A stretch of 32,026 nt of DNA, taken from Patescibacteria group bacterium. Lineage in GTDB: Bacteria > Patescibacteriota > Minisyncoccia > Minisyncoccales > Minisyncoccaceae. The stretch lies in assembly GCA_030156465.1 (NCBI GenBank), contig JASGMO010000001.1, forward strand, positions 1 through 32,026. The letters are read 5' to 3'. Of the stretch, positions 15,927 to 23,759 are shown piece by piece (position 1 is the first letter of the stretch; the number at the start of each line of letters is the position of its first letter). The notes beneath the pieces were generated by a model. It was not told where the DNA came from. It saw only the letters and a program-made list of their open reading frames with translations, and searched no databases. A program made the translations under genes and the position numbers.

Positions 15927-18869
15927 ATGAAAGATAATTTACTTTTAGATTTGAATAAAGAACAAAAAGAGGCGGTAGTTTTTGAAGATGGGCCGCTTTT
16001 AATTGTCGCTGGAGCGGGGACGGGAAAAACAACTGTTTTAACAAGGAGGATAGCATACTTAATATCTAAAGGAGTCAAACCAGAAGAGATATTAGCTGTT
16101 ACTTTTACAGACAAGGCGGCAAAAGAAATGGAAGATAGGGTAGAAGCATTGCTTCCATTTGATTATTATGATTTTTGGATATCAACTTTTCATTCTTTTT
16201 GCGACAGAGTTTTAAAAAGGTACGGGCTTCTTGTTGGTGTCCCAACTAATTGTAGATTATTAGATGGTAGTGGAAGTTGGATGATTATTAAGAGAAATTT
16301 CCATCACTTTAATTTCTTAAAGGAGTATAAGCCACTTGGCAACCCAACTAAATTTATTCAAGCACTTGTTAGTCATTTTTCTCAATGTAAAAATGAAGGA
16401 ATTTATCCAGAAGATTATTTAAAATACGCTGAAGGTCTTAGTGATGATAATGAAGAAAAAGAAAGGATTAGAGAAGTCGCAATGGCATACGAAGTTTATC
16501 AACAACTATTGCTAGAGAATAATGTTTTAGATTTTGGTGATTTAATTAATTACACTATTCAGATTTTTGATAAAAAGCCAGATATATTAGAGAAGTACAG
16601 AAATCAATTCAAATATGTCATGGTTGATGAGTTTCAGGACACTAATTGGGTTCAATATGATTTAATTCAGAAATTAGCTTATCCTAAAAATAATATTACT
16701 ATCGTTGGCGATGATGATCAGTCAATCTATTCTTTTTCTGGAAGTTCATTTAATAATGTTTTAAGATTTAAAAAAGATTATCCTAATTCAAAAGAAATTA
16801 TCTTAGTTGAAAATTATAGGTCACCTCAAAACATTCTTGATCTTTCTTATTGTTTTATTCAGAAAAACAATCCCAATAGATTAGAATGCCAGCTAAGTGA
16901 GGCTAAGAACATTATTAGTGACGCAGAAAAAAAAGGGATTAATATTAAGGAAGTTGGGCCAATTAGTAAAAAACTAAAAAGTTCTAAAAAAGATAATGGT
17001 ATTGTTGAATTGTTAAGCTTTGAAGGAATTGAAGAAGAGATTACAGGTGTGATTAACAAGATATGGGAAGTTAAAGAGATTGATAGCGAAGCATCTTTTT
17101 CAAGTTTTGCTATACTAACTAGGACCAATGACCATGCCAATACATTTGCTAGAGCACTAGAGCGAGCAAGTATTCCTTATCAATTTTTCTCTTCAAAGGG
17201 ACTATATAAAGAGCCACTAATTATTGATTTAATATCTTATCTTAAAGTAATTCTTAATTTCTACGACTCCCTTAATTTTTATAGAGTTTTGAGAATGATG
17301 AATTTTTCTCCCGAAGAGGTTTCTAGAATAACTCAGTATAGTGATAAAAAGGGAATTCCAATTTTTGAATCATTAAAAGATTCTCACTTATTGAATAAAT
17401 TTACAGTGGAAACAAAAACAAAAATTAAGAAACTAGTTGATAATTTAAATATTCATTATGAATTATCAAAAAATAAAAATATAGGAGAGGTTTTTGTCAG
17501 TGTTATTCAAGATCTTGAGTATGGAAAATATATTCCAGAAAATACAGAAGATGGTTTTAGAAAATGGGAATTAATTGATCAATTTTATGATAAAGTAAAG
17601 GATTTTGAAAATTCTCAAGTAGATGCAAAACTTTGTTCTTTTATTGATAATCTTCAAATGGAATTAGATGCTGGAGAAGAGGGGCCGATAAGGAAAAAGA
17701 TAGAATCTCAATTTGATGCAGTAAAAATAATGACAGTTCATTCTTCAAAGGGGCTAGAATTTGATTATGTTTTCTTGCCATATTTAGTTGCAAGGGCTTT
17801 TCCCTCTGATCAAAAAAGAGATCCTATAGAAATACCTAAAGATTTAGTCAAAGAAGTTTTACCGGGAGGTGATTTTCATATTCAAGAAGAAAGAAGGTTG
17901 TTCTATGTTGCTTTGACTAGAGCCAAAAAAGGACTATTTTTAACATGGAGTACTGACCACGGTGGCAAGCAATTAAAGAAACCATCTAGATTTTTAAACG
18001 AATCAAACTTAATAAATGAAGAGATGATTAAAAATCAGAAATTTACTAAGTCCCCTGGGTTTTGTATCAAAAAATCACTAAGCTTTAAGTTAGAATCAGA
18101 TGAAACAAATGGTTCAGGAAAGGACTTCAAAGGTTTTATGCCTGATCATTTTTCCTATTCTCAACTAGAGTCATTTAAGAAGTGTCCCCTTGAATACAAG
18201 CTTAAAAGTATTTTAAAAATAATACCCAGAGGAAAGTCGGTTTTTAGTTTTGGTAAAACTATTCATTCTACCCTGCACAGGTTTGTTGAAAAAGCACTAA
18301 AAGAAAAAGTAACATTCAAAGAGCTTCTAAAGATTTATGATGAAGAATGGATTTTTGATTGGTATCAATCAGAAAAAGAAAGAGAAGATTTTTATAACAA
18401 AGGAAAAGAAAGTTTAAAACTTTTTTACGACAATTTCAAAAATGATAAAAATGTTTTAATTATTGATGATGATCCTGCTTTAGAGAAGGGCTTTCAAATT
18501 AAATTAAATGGCGACAATGTTATTGGAATGATTGATAGAATTGATGAAGTAAGGGGCGGGGTGGAAATTATTGATTACAAAACCGGTTCACCTAAAAAGA
18601 CATTAGCTAAAGACGATAAGTTCCAATTGCTAATTTATGCCCTAGCTGCTAAAAAAGTTTTAGGACTAAATCCTGTTAAGTTAACTTACTATTATTTAAA
18701 TGATTGCTCTAAAGCGTCTTTTGAAGTTAAAGAAGGGATGATTGAAAAAACAGAAAGCGAAATTAAAGAATTAATACAAAAAATAAAGAGGAGCAACTTT
18801 AAGCCGTCTTCCGGTTGGCATTGCAAGTTTTGTGATTTTAGAGATATTTGCGCTCACAAGAAAAATTAG
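15927..18869 (+). CDS. UvrD/PcrA-type superfamily 1 helicase fused to a C-terminal PD-(D/E)XK nuclease with Cas4/AddB-type Fe-S cysteines
   Basis: 980 aa. Helicase motifs GAGTGKTT, DEFQDTN, VGDDDQSIYSF, ENYRS, MTVHSSKGLEFDYVFL, EERRLFYVALTRAKKGL. Nuclease region: KKCPLEYKLK (Cys1), IDRIDEV..VEIIDYKTG, QLLIYALA, WHCKFCDFRDIC (CX2CX5C). Confidence 0.9.
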   Translation: MKDNLLLDLNKEQKEAVVFEDGPLLIVAGAGTGKTTVLTRRIAYLISKGVKPEEILAVTFTDKAAKEMEDRVEALLPFDYYDFWISTFHSFCDRVLKRYGLLVGVPTNCRLLDGSGSWMIIKRNFHHFNFLKEYKPLGNPTKFIQALVSHFSQCKNEGIYPEDYLKYAEGLSDDNEEKERIREVAMAYEVYQQLLLENNVLDFGDLINYTIQIFDKKPDILEKYRNQFKYVMVDEFQDTNWVQYDLIQKLAYPKNNITIVGDDDQSIYSFSGSSFNNVLRFKKDYPNSKEIILVENYRSPQNILDLSYCFIQKNNPNRLECQLSEAKNIISDAEKKGINIKEVGPISKKLKSSKKDNGIVELLSFEGIEEEITGVINKIWEVKEIDSEASFSSFAILTRTNDHANTFARALERASIPYQFFSSKGLYKEPLIIDLISYLKVILNFYDSLNFYRVLRMMNFSPEEVSRITQYSDKKGIPIFESLKDSHLLNKFTVETKTKIKKLVDNLNIHYELSKNKNIGEVFVSVIQDLEYGKYIPENTEDGFRKWELIDQFYDKVKDFENSQVDAKLCSFIDNLQMELDAGEEGPIRKKIESQFDAVKIMTVHSSKGLEFDYVFLPYLVARAFPSDQKRDPIEIPKDLVKEVLPGGDFHIQEERRLFYVALTRAKKGLFLTWSTDHGGKQLKKPSRFLNESNLINEEMIKNQKFTKSPGFCIKKSLSFKLESDETNGSGKDFKGFMPDHFSYSQLESFKKCPLEYKLKSILKIIPRGKSVFSFGKTIHSTLHRFVEKALKEKVTFKELLKIYDEEWIFDWYQSEKEREDFYNKGKESLKLFYDNFKNDKNVLIIDDDPALEKGFQIKLNGDNVIGMIDRIDEVRGGVEIIDYKTGSPKKTLAKDDKFQLLIYALAAKKVLGLNPVKLTYYYLNDCSKASFEVKEGMIEKTESEIKELIQKIKRSNFKPSSGWHCKFCDFRDICAHKKN

Positions 18870-18883
18870 GTTATAATATAATT

Positions 18884-19882
18884 ATGAAAAAAAGAATTAC
18901 AATATTAGGCGATGGAGCTTGGGGGACAACCCTAGCAATATTACTTTCTAACAATGGTCACGAAGTTTTAGTTTGGAGTGTTTTTAGCGATCATTTAGAT
19001 GAGTTAGACAAAAAAAGAGAGAATAAAAAATACTTAAAGGGAATTAAAATACCTAATAATATTGTTTTTGAAAAAGATCTTAAAAAAGCAATTGAATTTG
19101 GTGATTATATTGTCTTTGCTATCCCTTCTAAATTCTTTAGAAATGTTTGCCAAATGATTAAAAATGAAAATGTTTCTTTAAGAAGAAAAGTTTTTATTAG
19201 CGTTACAAAAGGGCTAGAACAAAAAACATTGAAAAGGATGACAGAGATATTAAAAGAAGAACTTGGTAATGTTAAGGCCTGTGTTTTATCTGGGCCAACA
19301 ATAGCTATTGAAGTTGCTAAAGAATTGCCTGCGCTTGTTGTTATTGCCTCAAAAGATAAAAAAACTGCAAAGGCCATACAAGATATATTCAGTAATGATT
19401 ATTTTAGAGTTTATACCTCAACTGATACGATAGGAGTTGAATTAGGGGGGCCACTAAAAAATATTATTGCAGTTGTTGCTGGGATCTCAGATGGATTAGG
19501 GTTTGGATCAAACGCAAAAGCAGCAATTTTATCAAGAGGAATAGTTGAAATACAAAGATTGGGTCAAAAAATGGGAGCCAAAAGAAAAACCTTTTATGGT
19601 TTAGCTGGATTGGGCGATTTATCAACAACTTGTATCAGTCCTGAGAGTAGAAATAGGACGCTGGGAGAAAGAATTGCCAAGGGAGAAAAACTAGAAAAAA
19701 TTATTGAAACTACGGACAGTATTATTGAAGGAGCAACAACAACAGAAGCAGTCTATGAATTAAGTAAGAAGTATAAAGTAGAGATGCCAATAGTAGAATC
19801 AGTTTATAACATTCTATACAAAAACTTAAAACCAGCCGATGCTCTTAAAAAAATAATGACAAGAGAAAGAAAGCCTGAATAG
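18884..19882 (+). CDS. gpsA: NAD(P)H-dependent glycerol-3-phosphate dehydrogenase
   Basis: MKKRITILGDGAWGTTLA Rossmann start, SGPTIAIEVA, GGPLKNIIAVVAGISDGLGFGSNAKAA, GLAGLGDLSTTC motifs. The ORF-track start at 18848 is a TTG inside the helicase gene. Confidence 0.9.
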   Translation: MKKRITILGDGAWGTTLAILLSNNGHEVLVWSVFSDHLDELDKKRENKKYLKGIKIPNNIVFEKDLKKAIEFGDYIVFAIPSKFFRNVCQMIKNENVSLRRKVFISVTKGLEQKTLKRMTEILKEELGNVKACVLSGPTIAIEVAKELPALVVIASKDKKTAKAIQDIFSNDYFRVYTSTDTIGVELGGPLKNIIAVVAGISDGLGFGSNAKAAILSRGIVEIQRLGQKMGAKRKTFYGLAGLGDLSTTCISPESRNRTLGERIAKGEKLEKIIETTDSIIEGATTTEAVYELSKKYKVEMPIVESVYNILYKNLKPADALKKIMTRERKPE

Positions 19883-19885
19883 TTA

Positions 19886-19914
19886 TTGAAATTTTATTAC
19901 TTTTATACTAATAT
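19886..19914 (+). promoter_or_regulatory. Promoter TTGAAA-17-TAATAT for the ferredoxin-mnmA operon, predicted near-leaderless
   Basis: -35 at 19886-19891, -10 at 19909-19914, 8 nt (AAAAATAT) before the ATG at 19923. No SD. Confidence 0.45.
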
Positions 19915-19922
19915 AAAAATAT

Positions 19923-20141
19923 ATGGAAAACACAAAAAAAGAATACAAAATAAACAAAGAGAAATGTATCGGCTGTGGTAGTTGTAGTTTGGCTTGTCCA
20001 GAGGGCACAGAGATGGATACAGATGGTAAAGCAAAAGTAATTAGTTCTGCTAAGCTTGAAGAGTGTGGCGGAACAGATGTTTGCTCTTATGGAGCAATAG
20101 AAATTGATAATGGGGAAGAATTAGATGAAGAGGAAGAATAA
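19923..20141 (+). CDS. Small 4Fe-4S ferredoxin with acidic tail
   Basis: 72 aa. CIGCGSCSLACPEG cluster motif plus distal cysteines (EECGGTDVCSYGAI). C-terminal EELDEEEE. Confidence 0.8.
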   Translation: MENTKKEYKINKEKCIGCGSCSLACPEGTEMDTDGKAKVISSAKLEECGGTDVCSYGAIEIDNGEELDEEEE

Positions 20142-21162
20142 TAAAAAGAATGATTTATTGAATGACCCAAATGAAAGTTTGGGTCGTTTTAATAATAAGG
20201 TGGCAGTTGCATTGTCAGGCGGAGTTGATTCAGCAGTTTCTGCATTAATTTTGAAGAATAAAGGATTTGATGTGACTGCTATTTTTATGAAATTAAATAA
20301 TCTTACCAAAGAAGAAAAGGCAAGAAAATTAGCCAAAGAAATTGGAATTCCTTTCAAGGTGCTTGATTTAAGAAAGCAATTTAAAGAAAAGATAATTAAT
20401 TATTTTATAGAAGAATATAGATCGGGGAATACTCCTAATCCTTGTGCATTATGTAATAAGGAGATTAAGTTTGGGTTATTTTTAAAAGAAGTTAATGCTG
20501 ATTTTGTAGCCACTGGTCATTATGCAAAAACAAAAGATGGTTATCTTTACAAGGCAAAAGATTTTAAAAAAGATCAATCATATTTTTTATGGAAGCTTAA
20601 TTCTAAAACACTTAAAACAGTTCTTTTTCCATTAAGCAATTTTACAAAAGAGGAAGTTAAAAAAATAGCCAAAGAAAATAATTTGTCTATTGTTGGAGGA
20701 GAGTCACAGGAGGTTTGCTTTATTTCTGAAACAAATAACGAATTTCTTAAAAAATACATTAAAGAGAAAGAAGGTGATATAATAAATAAGAAAGGCGAGG
20801 TGATTGGAAAACACTCTGGAGTTTGGTTTTACACCATTGGTCAAAGACGAGGCATTGGTCTATCGGGCGGTCCTTATTGGGTAATTGATAAAGATGTTAA
20901 AAGAAATAAACTAATTGTATCTTTAAACGAAAAAGATCTATTTTCAAAAGAAGTTTTGTTTAAAAATGCTAATTGGATTAGAAAAGTTGATTTTCCTATT
21001 AAGGTGAAGGCAAAAATTAGATATGGACACAAGGGAGGTTTTGGGGTATTATTAAGTAATAATAAGTTTACTTTTGATAGGCCTCAAAAAGCAATAACTA
21101 GAGGTCAATCAATTGTTTTCTATAATAAATCAGAATTAATAGGAGGAGGAACAATAAAATGA
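20125..21162 (+). CDS. mnmA: tRNA-specific 2-thiouridylase MnmA
   Basis: PP-loop VAVALSGGVDSAVSA, NPCALCNKEIKF, ATGHYA, KDQSYFLW, QEVCFI motifs. An N-terminal 24 aa K/N-rich extension overlaps the ferredoxin 3' end; an in-frame TTG at 20179 is an alternative start. Confidence 0.9.
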   Translation: MKRKNNKKNDLLNDPNESLGRFNNKVAVALSGGVDSAVSALILKNKGFDVTAIFMKLNNLTKEEKARKLAKEIGIPFKVLDLRKQFKEKIINYFIEEYRSGNTPNPCALCNKEIKFGLFLKEVNADFVATGHYAKTKDGYLYKAKDFKKDQSYFLWKLNSKTLKTVLFPLSNFTKEEVKKIAKENNLSIVGGESQEVCFISETNNEFLKKYIKEKEGDIINKKGEVIGKHSGVWFYTIGQRRGIGLSGGPYWVIDKDVKRNKLIVSLNEKDLFSKEVLFKNANWIRKVDFPIKVKAKIRYGHKGGFGVLLSNNKFTFDRPQKAITRGQSIVFYNKSELIGGGTIK

Positions 21163-22295
21163 TATATTTTGATTACGCAGCGACAACACCAGTAGATAAA
21201 AGGGTCATAAAATCAATGATTCCATTTTTGAATGAAAAATTTGGCAACCCTTCTTCAATGCATTCTTTTAGTTCTGATACAAAAAAAGCATTAGAAAAAA
21301 GCAGATCTATTATTGCTAAAGCCATTAAAGCTAATCCAGAAGAAATAGTTTTTACAAGTTCAGCGACAGAAAGTAATAATATGGCATTAAAAGGAATTGC
21401 TTTTGCAAAAAAGAGTGGCCATATTTTAGTTTCTTCAATAGAACATGATTGTGTTTTAAATGCTGCAAAGTGGCTAGGCAAAAATGGTTTTGAAGTAGAG
21501 TTTTTACCGGTAGATAAATATGGCATAGTTGATCCCAAAGAAGTTGAAAAAAGAATTAAAAAAAATACAATACTTGTTTCAGTAATGCATGTAAACAATG
21601 AAGTTGGAACCATTCAGCCAATTGAAGCAATCGGGAAGATTTGTAAAAAGAATAACATATATTTTCACAGCGATGCAGCTCAGAGCTTTAGCAAGACGCC
21701 AATTAATATTACTAATATTGACTTATTAACCATATCTTCACAAAAAATATATGGACCAAAGGGAGCAGCGGCATTGTTTATTAAAGATGGAGTTAAAATA
21801 GAGCCATTACTTCACGGTGGAGGTCAAGAAAGAGGGCTGAGGTCATCAACAGAAAATGTTCCAGCAATAGTTGGTTTTGCTAAAGCAACAGAAATAGCAA
21901 TTTCAACGATGGACAAAGAACAAGAGAGATTGACTAAATTAAGGGATAAGATTATAGAAAAGTTAACTAAGGAGGTTCCTAATTGTTATTTAAATGGTCA
22001 CAAAACAAAAAGGATTTCTAATAATATAAATGTAAGATTTTCTCATATTGAGGGCGAGGCAATTCTTTTTATGCTTAATTCATATGGTATTGCTGTTTCA
22101 ACTGCATCGGCATGTTCTTCTCCCAAGTTAGAACCATCGCATGTTTTGTCAGCAATGGGGTTAAAGCAAGAAGAAGCTCATGGATCAATTAGAATTAGCT
22201 TAGGTAGAATGACAAAAGAGAGCGAAGTCAATTATTTATTAAAAGTATTGCCAGAAGTAGTTAAAAAATTAAGAGATATTTCACCACACAAATGA
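21159..22295 (+). CDS. iscS: Cysteine desulfurase (NifS/IscS class I)
   Basis: IYFDYAATTPVD, GNPSSMHSFS, FTSSATESNN, HSDAAQS, SSQKIYGPKG (PLP lysine), STASACSS (catalytic Cys loop). ATGA overlap with mnmA. Confidence 0.9.
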   Translation: MIYFDYAATTPVDKRVIKSMIPFLNEKFGNPSSMHSFSSDTKKALEKSRSIIAKAIKANPEEIVFTSSATESNNMALKGIAFAKKSGHILVSSIEHDCVLNAAKWLGKNGFEVEFLPVDKYGIVDPKEVEKRIKKNTILVSVMHVNNEVGTIQPIEAIGKICKKNNIYFHSDAAQSFSKTPINITNIDLLTISSQKIYGPKGAAALFIKDGVKIEPLLHGGGQERGLRSSTENVPAIVGFAKATEIAISTMDKEQERLTKLRDKIIEKLTKEVPNCYLNGHKTKRISNNINVRFSHIEGEAILFMLNSYGIAVSTASACSSPKLEPSHVLSAMGLKQEEAHGSIRISLGRMTKESEVNYLLKVLPEVVKKLRDISPHK

Positions 22296-22729
22296 ACTAT
22301 TCAAAAGAAGTATTAAAACATTTTTCAAAGCCACATAATTATGGAAAAATTGATAATTATGATGGGCTAGGCAGAGTTGGCAACATGGCATGCGGAGACG
22401 AAATGTTTGTTTATATTAAAGTAAAGGATAATATAATTAAAGACATTAAATTTGAGACCTTTGGTTGTGTCGCCGCTATTGCAACAAGCAGTGTTTTAAC
22501 TGATCTAGCAAAAAAGAAAACTATTGAGGATGCGCTTAAAATAACAAGACAAGACGTAGTTGATGCTTTAGAGACATTGCCTCCAATTAAAATACATTGT
22601 TCAGTTTTAGCAATTGATGCTCTAAGCGAGGCCGTGTATAATTATTATACAAAAAACAAATTACCTATTTCAAAAGAATTAGAAGAAAAGCATAATCAAA
22701 TCATTAAAAGAGAAAGTTGTCACTTATGA
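22292..22729 (+). CDS. iscU: Fe-S cluster scaffold protein (IscU/NifU N-terminal type)
   Basis: NPHNYG-type start (KPHNYGKI), MACGDEM, FETFGCVAAIATSS, IHCSVLAIDAL: three conserved cysteines. ATGA overlap with the desulfurase. Confidence 0.9.
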   Translation: MNYSKEVLKHFSKPHNYGKIDNYDGLGRVGNMACGDEMFVYIKVKDNIIKDIKFETFGCVAAIATSSVLTDLAKKKTIEDALKITRQDVVDALETLPPIKIHCSVLAIDALSEAVYNYYTKNKLPISKELEEKHNQIIKRESCHL

Positions 22730-22920
22730 AAATAAATAGAAAAACAAAATTAAAGAATATAATAGATAATGAAAAATCAAGAAGTATTTTAGAGGAATTT
22801 GGTTTCCCTTGTCTTTTTTGTCCTCATATGAAATCAGAAATTGAAACATTGGAGATTGGTTATGTTTGTGATAATTACGGAATTGACGATAAAGAATTGA
22901 TTAAGAAGTTAAATGAGTAA
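22726..22920 (+). CDS. DUF1858-like small redox/disulfide protein
   Basis: 64 aa from the ATG at 22726 (ATGA overlap with the iscU stop). The pattern ..LEEFGFPCLFCPHMKSEIETLEIGYVCDNYGIDDKELIKKLN resembles DUF1858 (F..FG..C.GCP......ESIE.A....GID...L...LN). The ORF-track start at 22717 is a TTG. Confidence 0.55.
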   Translation: MKINRKTKLKNIIDNEKSRSILEEFGFPCLFCPHMKSEIETLEIGYVCDNYGIDDKELIKKLNE

Positions 22921-23758
22921 GAAGATTATACTCTTTTTATTGCTTTTAAACATTATAACATTTTCTGTTGTTTATAGTTTATCATCTGTTGGCGACCTTC
23001 AGGTGATTTTTTTTGATGTTGGTCAGGGGGATTCAATATTTATAGAAACACCACAAAAACATCAGATAATAATTGATAGTGGGCCGGGGGACAAAACCTT
23101 ACTTCAAAAAGTTAGTTCAGTTATGCCCCATTGGGACAAGAATATTGATTTAATTGTTTTAACTCATACTGATAATGATCACATATCAGGATTTTTTGAA
23201 TTATTAGATAATTATGTTGTTGAAAATATATTATGGTCAGGCGTTGGTAGCACTAGTTCAAGAAGTGAAAAGTGGGAAGAAATGATTAATTTAGAGGGGG
23301 CTAATATAATTTATTCTAATGATATAGACAAAATAATTTTAGGCAATGTAGTGATGGATATAATTTCTCCTAATGATTATATTATTGAAAAATATTCAAA
23401 GAATGCTAACGATATTTCTGTTGTTTCAAAGATAGAATATAAAGATAGCTCTTTTCTTTTTACGGGAGACATTACAAGCAAAGTGGAAAAAGAAATGATA
23501 GGTGAAGATATTTTTACTGATGTTTTGAAAGTTGCTCATCATGGATCTAAATATTCAACATGTGATGATTTTCTTAGTAAAGTTAATCCATTAATTGCTG
23601 TTATTCAAGTTGGAAAGAATTCCTATGGTCATCCGACAAATGATGTTTTGACACGGTTGTCTAATTTTGGTATTAAAGTACTAAGAAATGATATTAATGG
23701 AGACATTAAAATATCAACAGATGGTAATAATTATAAGATAATAACTAATAAAAAATAA
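22913..23758 (+). CDS. ComEC/Rec2-type metallo-beta-lactamase-fold hydrolase, stand-alone domain with N-terminal signal anchor
   Basis: 281 aa. Hydrophobic N-terminus IILFLLLLNIITFSVVY; VIFFDVGQGDSIFIETP; LTHTDNDHISG (HxHxDH-like); FLFTGDI; KVAHHGSKYS; NSYGHP. Confidence 0.8.
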   Translation: MSKKIILFLLLLNIITFSVVYSLSSVGDLQVIFFDVGQGDSIFIETPQKHQIIIDSGPGDKTLLQKVSSVMPHWDKNIDLIVLTHTDNDHISGFFELLDNYVVENILWSGVGSTSSRSEKWEEMINLEGANIIYSNDIDKIILGNVVMDIISPNDYIIEKYSKNANDISVVSKIEYKDSSFLFTGDITSKVEKEMIGEDIFTDVLKVAHHGSKYSTCDDFLSKVNPLIAVIQVGKNSYGHPTNDVLTRLSNFGIKVLRNDINGDIKISTDGNNYKIITNKK

Positions 23759-23759
23759 T

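Noticed and set aside
21173-21613. Other minus-strand ORFs in the track nested in strong + strand genes (75-299, 1227-1427, 1866-2141, 3337-3588, 3851-4042, 7669-7875, 8446-8739, 16859-17140, 19105-19377, 20121-20357, 20574-20759, 21173-21613, 24597-24788, 26759-27028, 27504-27695, 28195-28464, 29102-29490)
   Set aside because: Each lies fully inside a gene with unmistakable conserved motifs on the opposite strand. None has recognisable motifs of its own. Treated as chance ORFs in AT-rich DNA.
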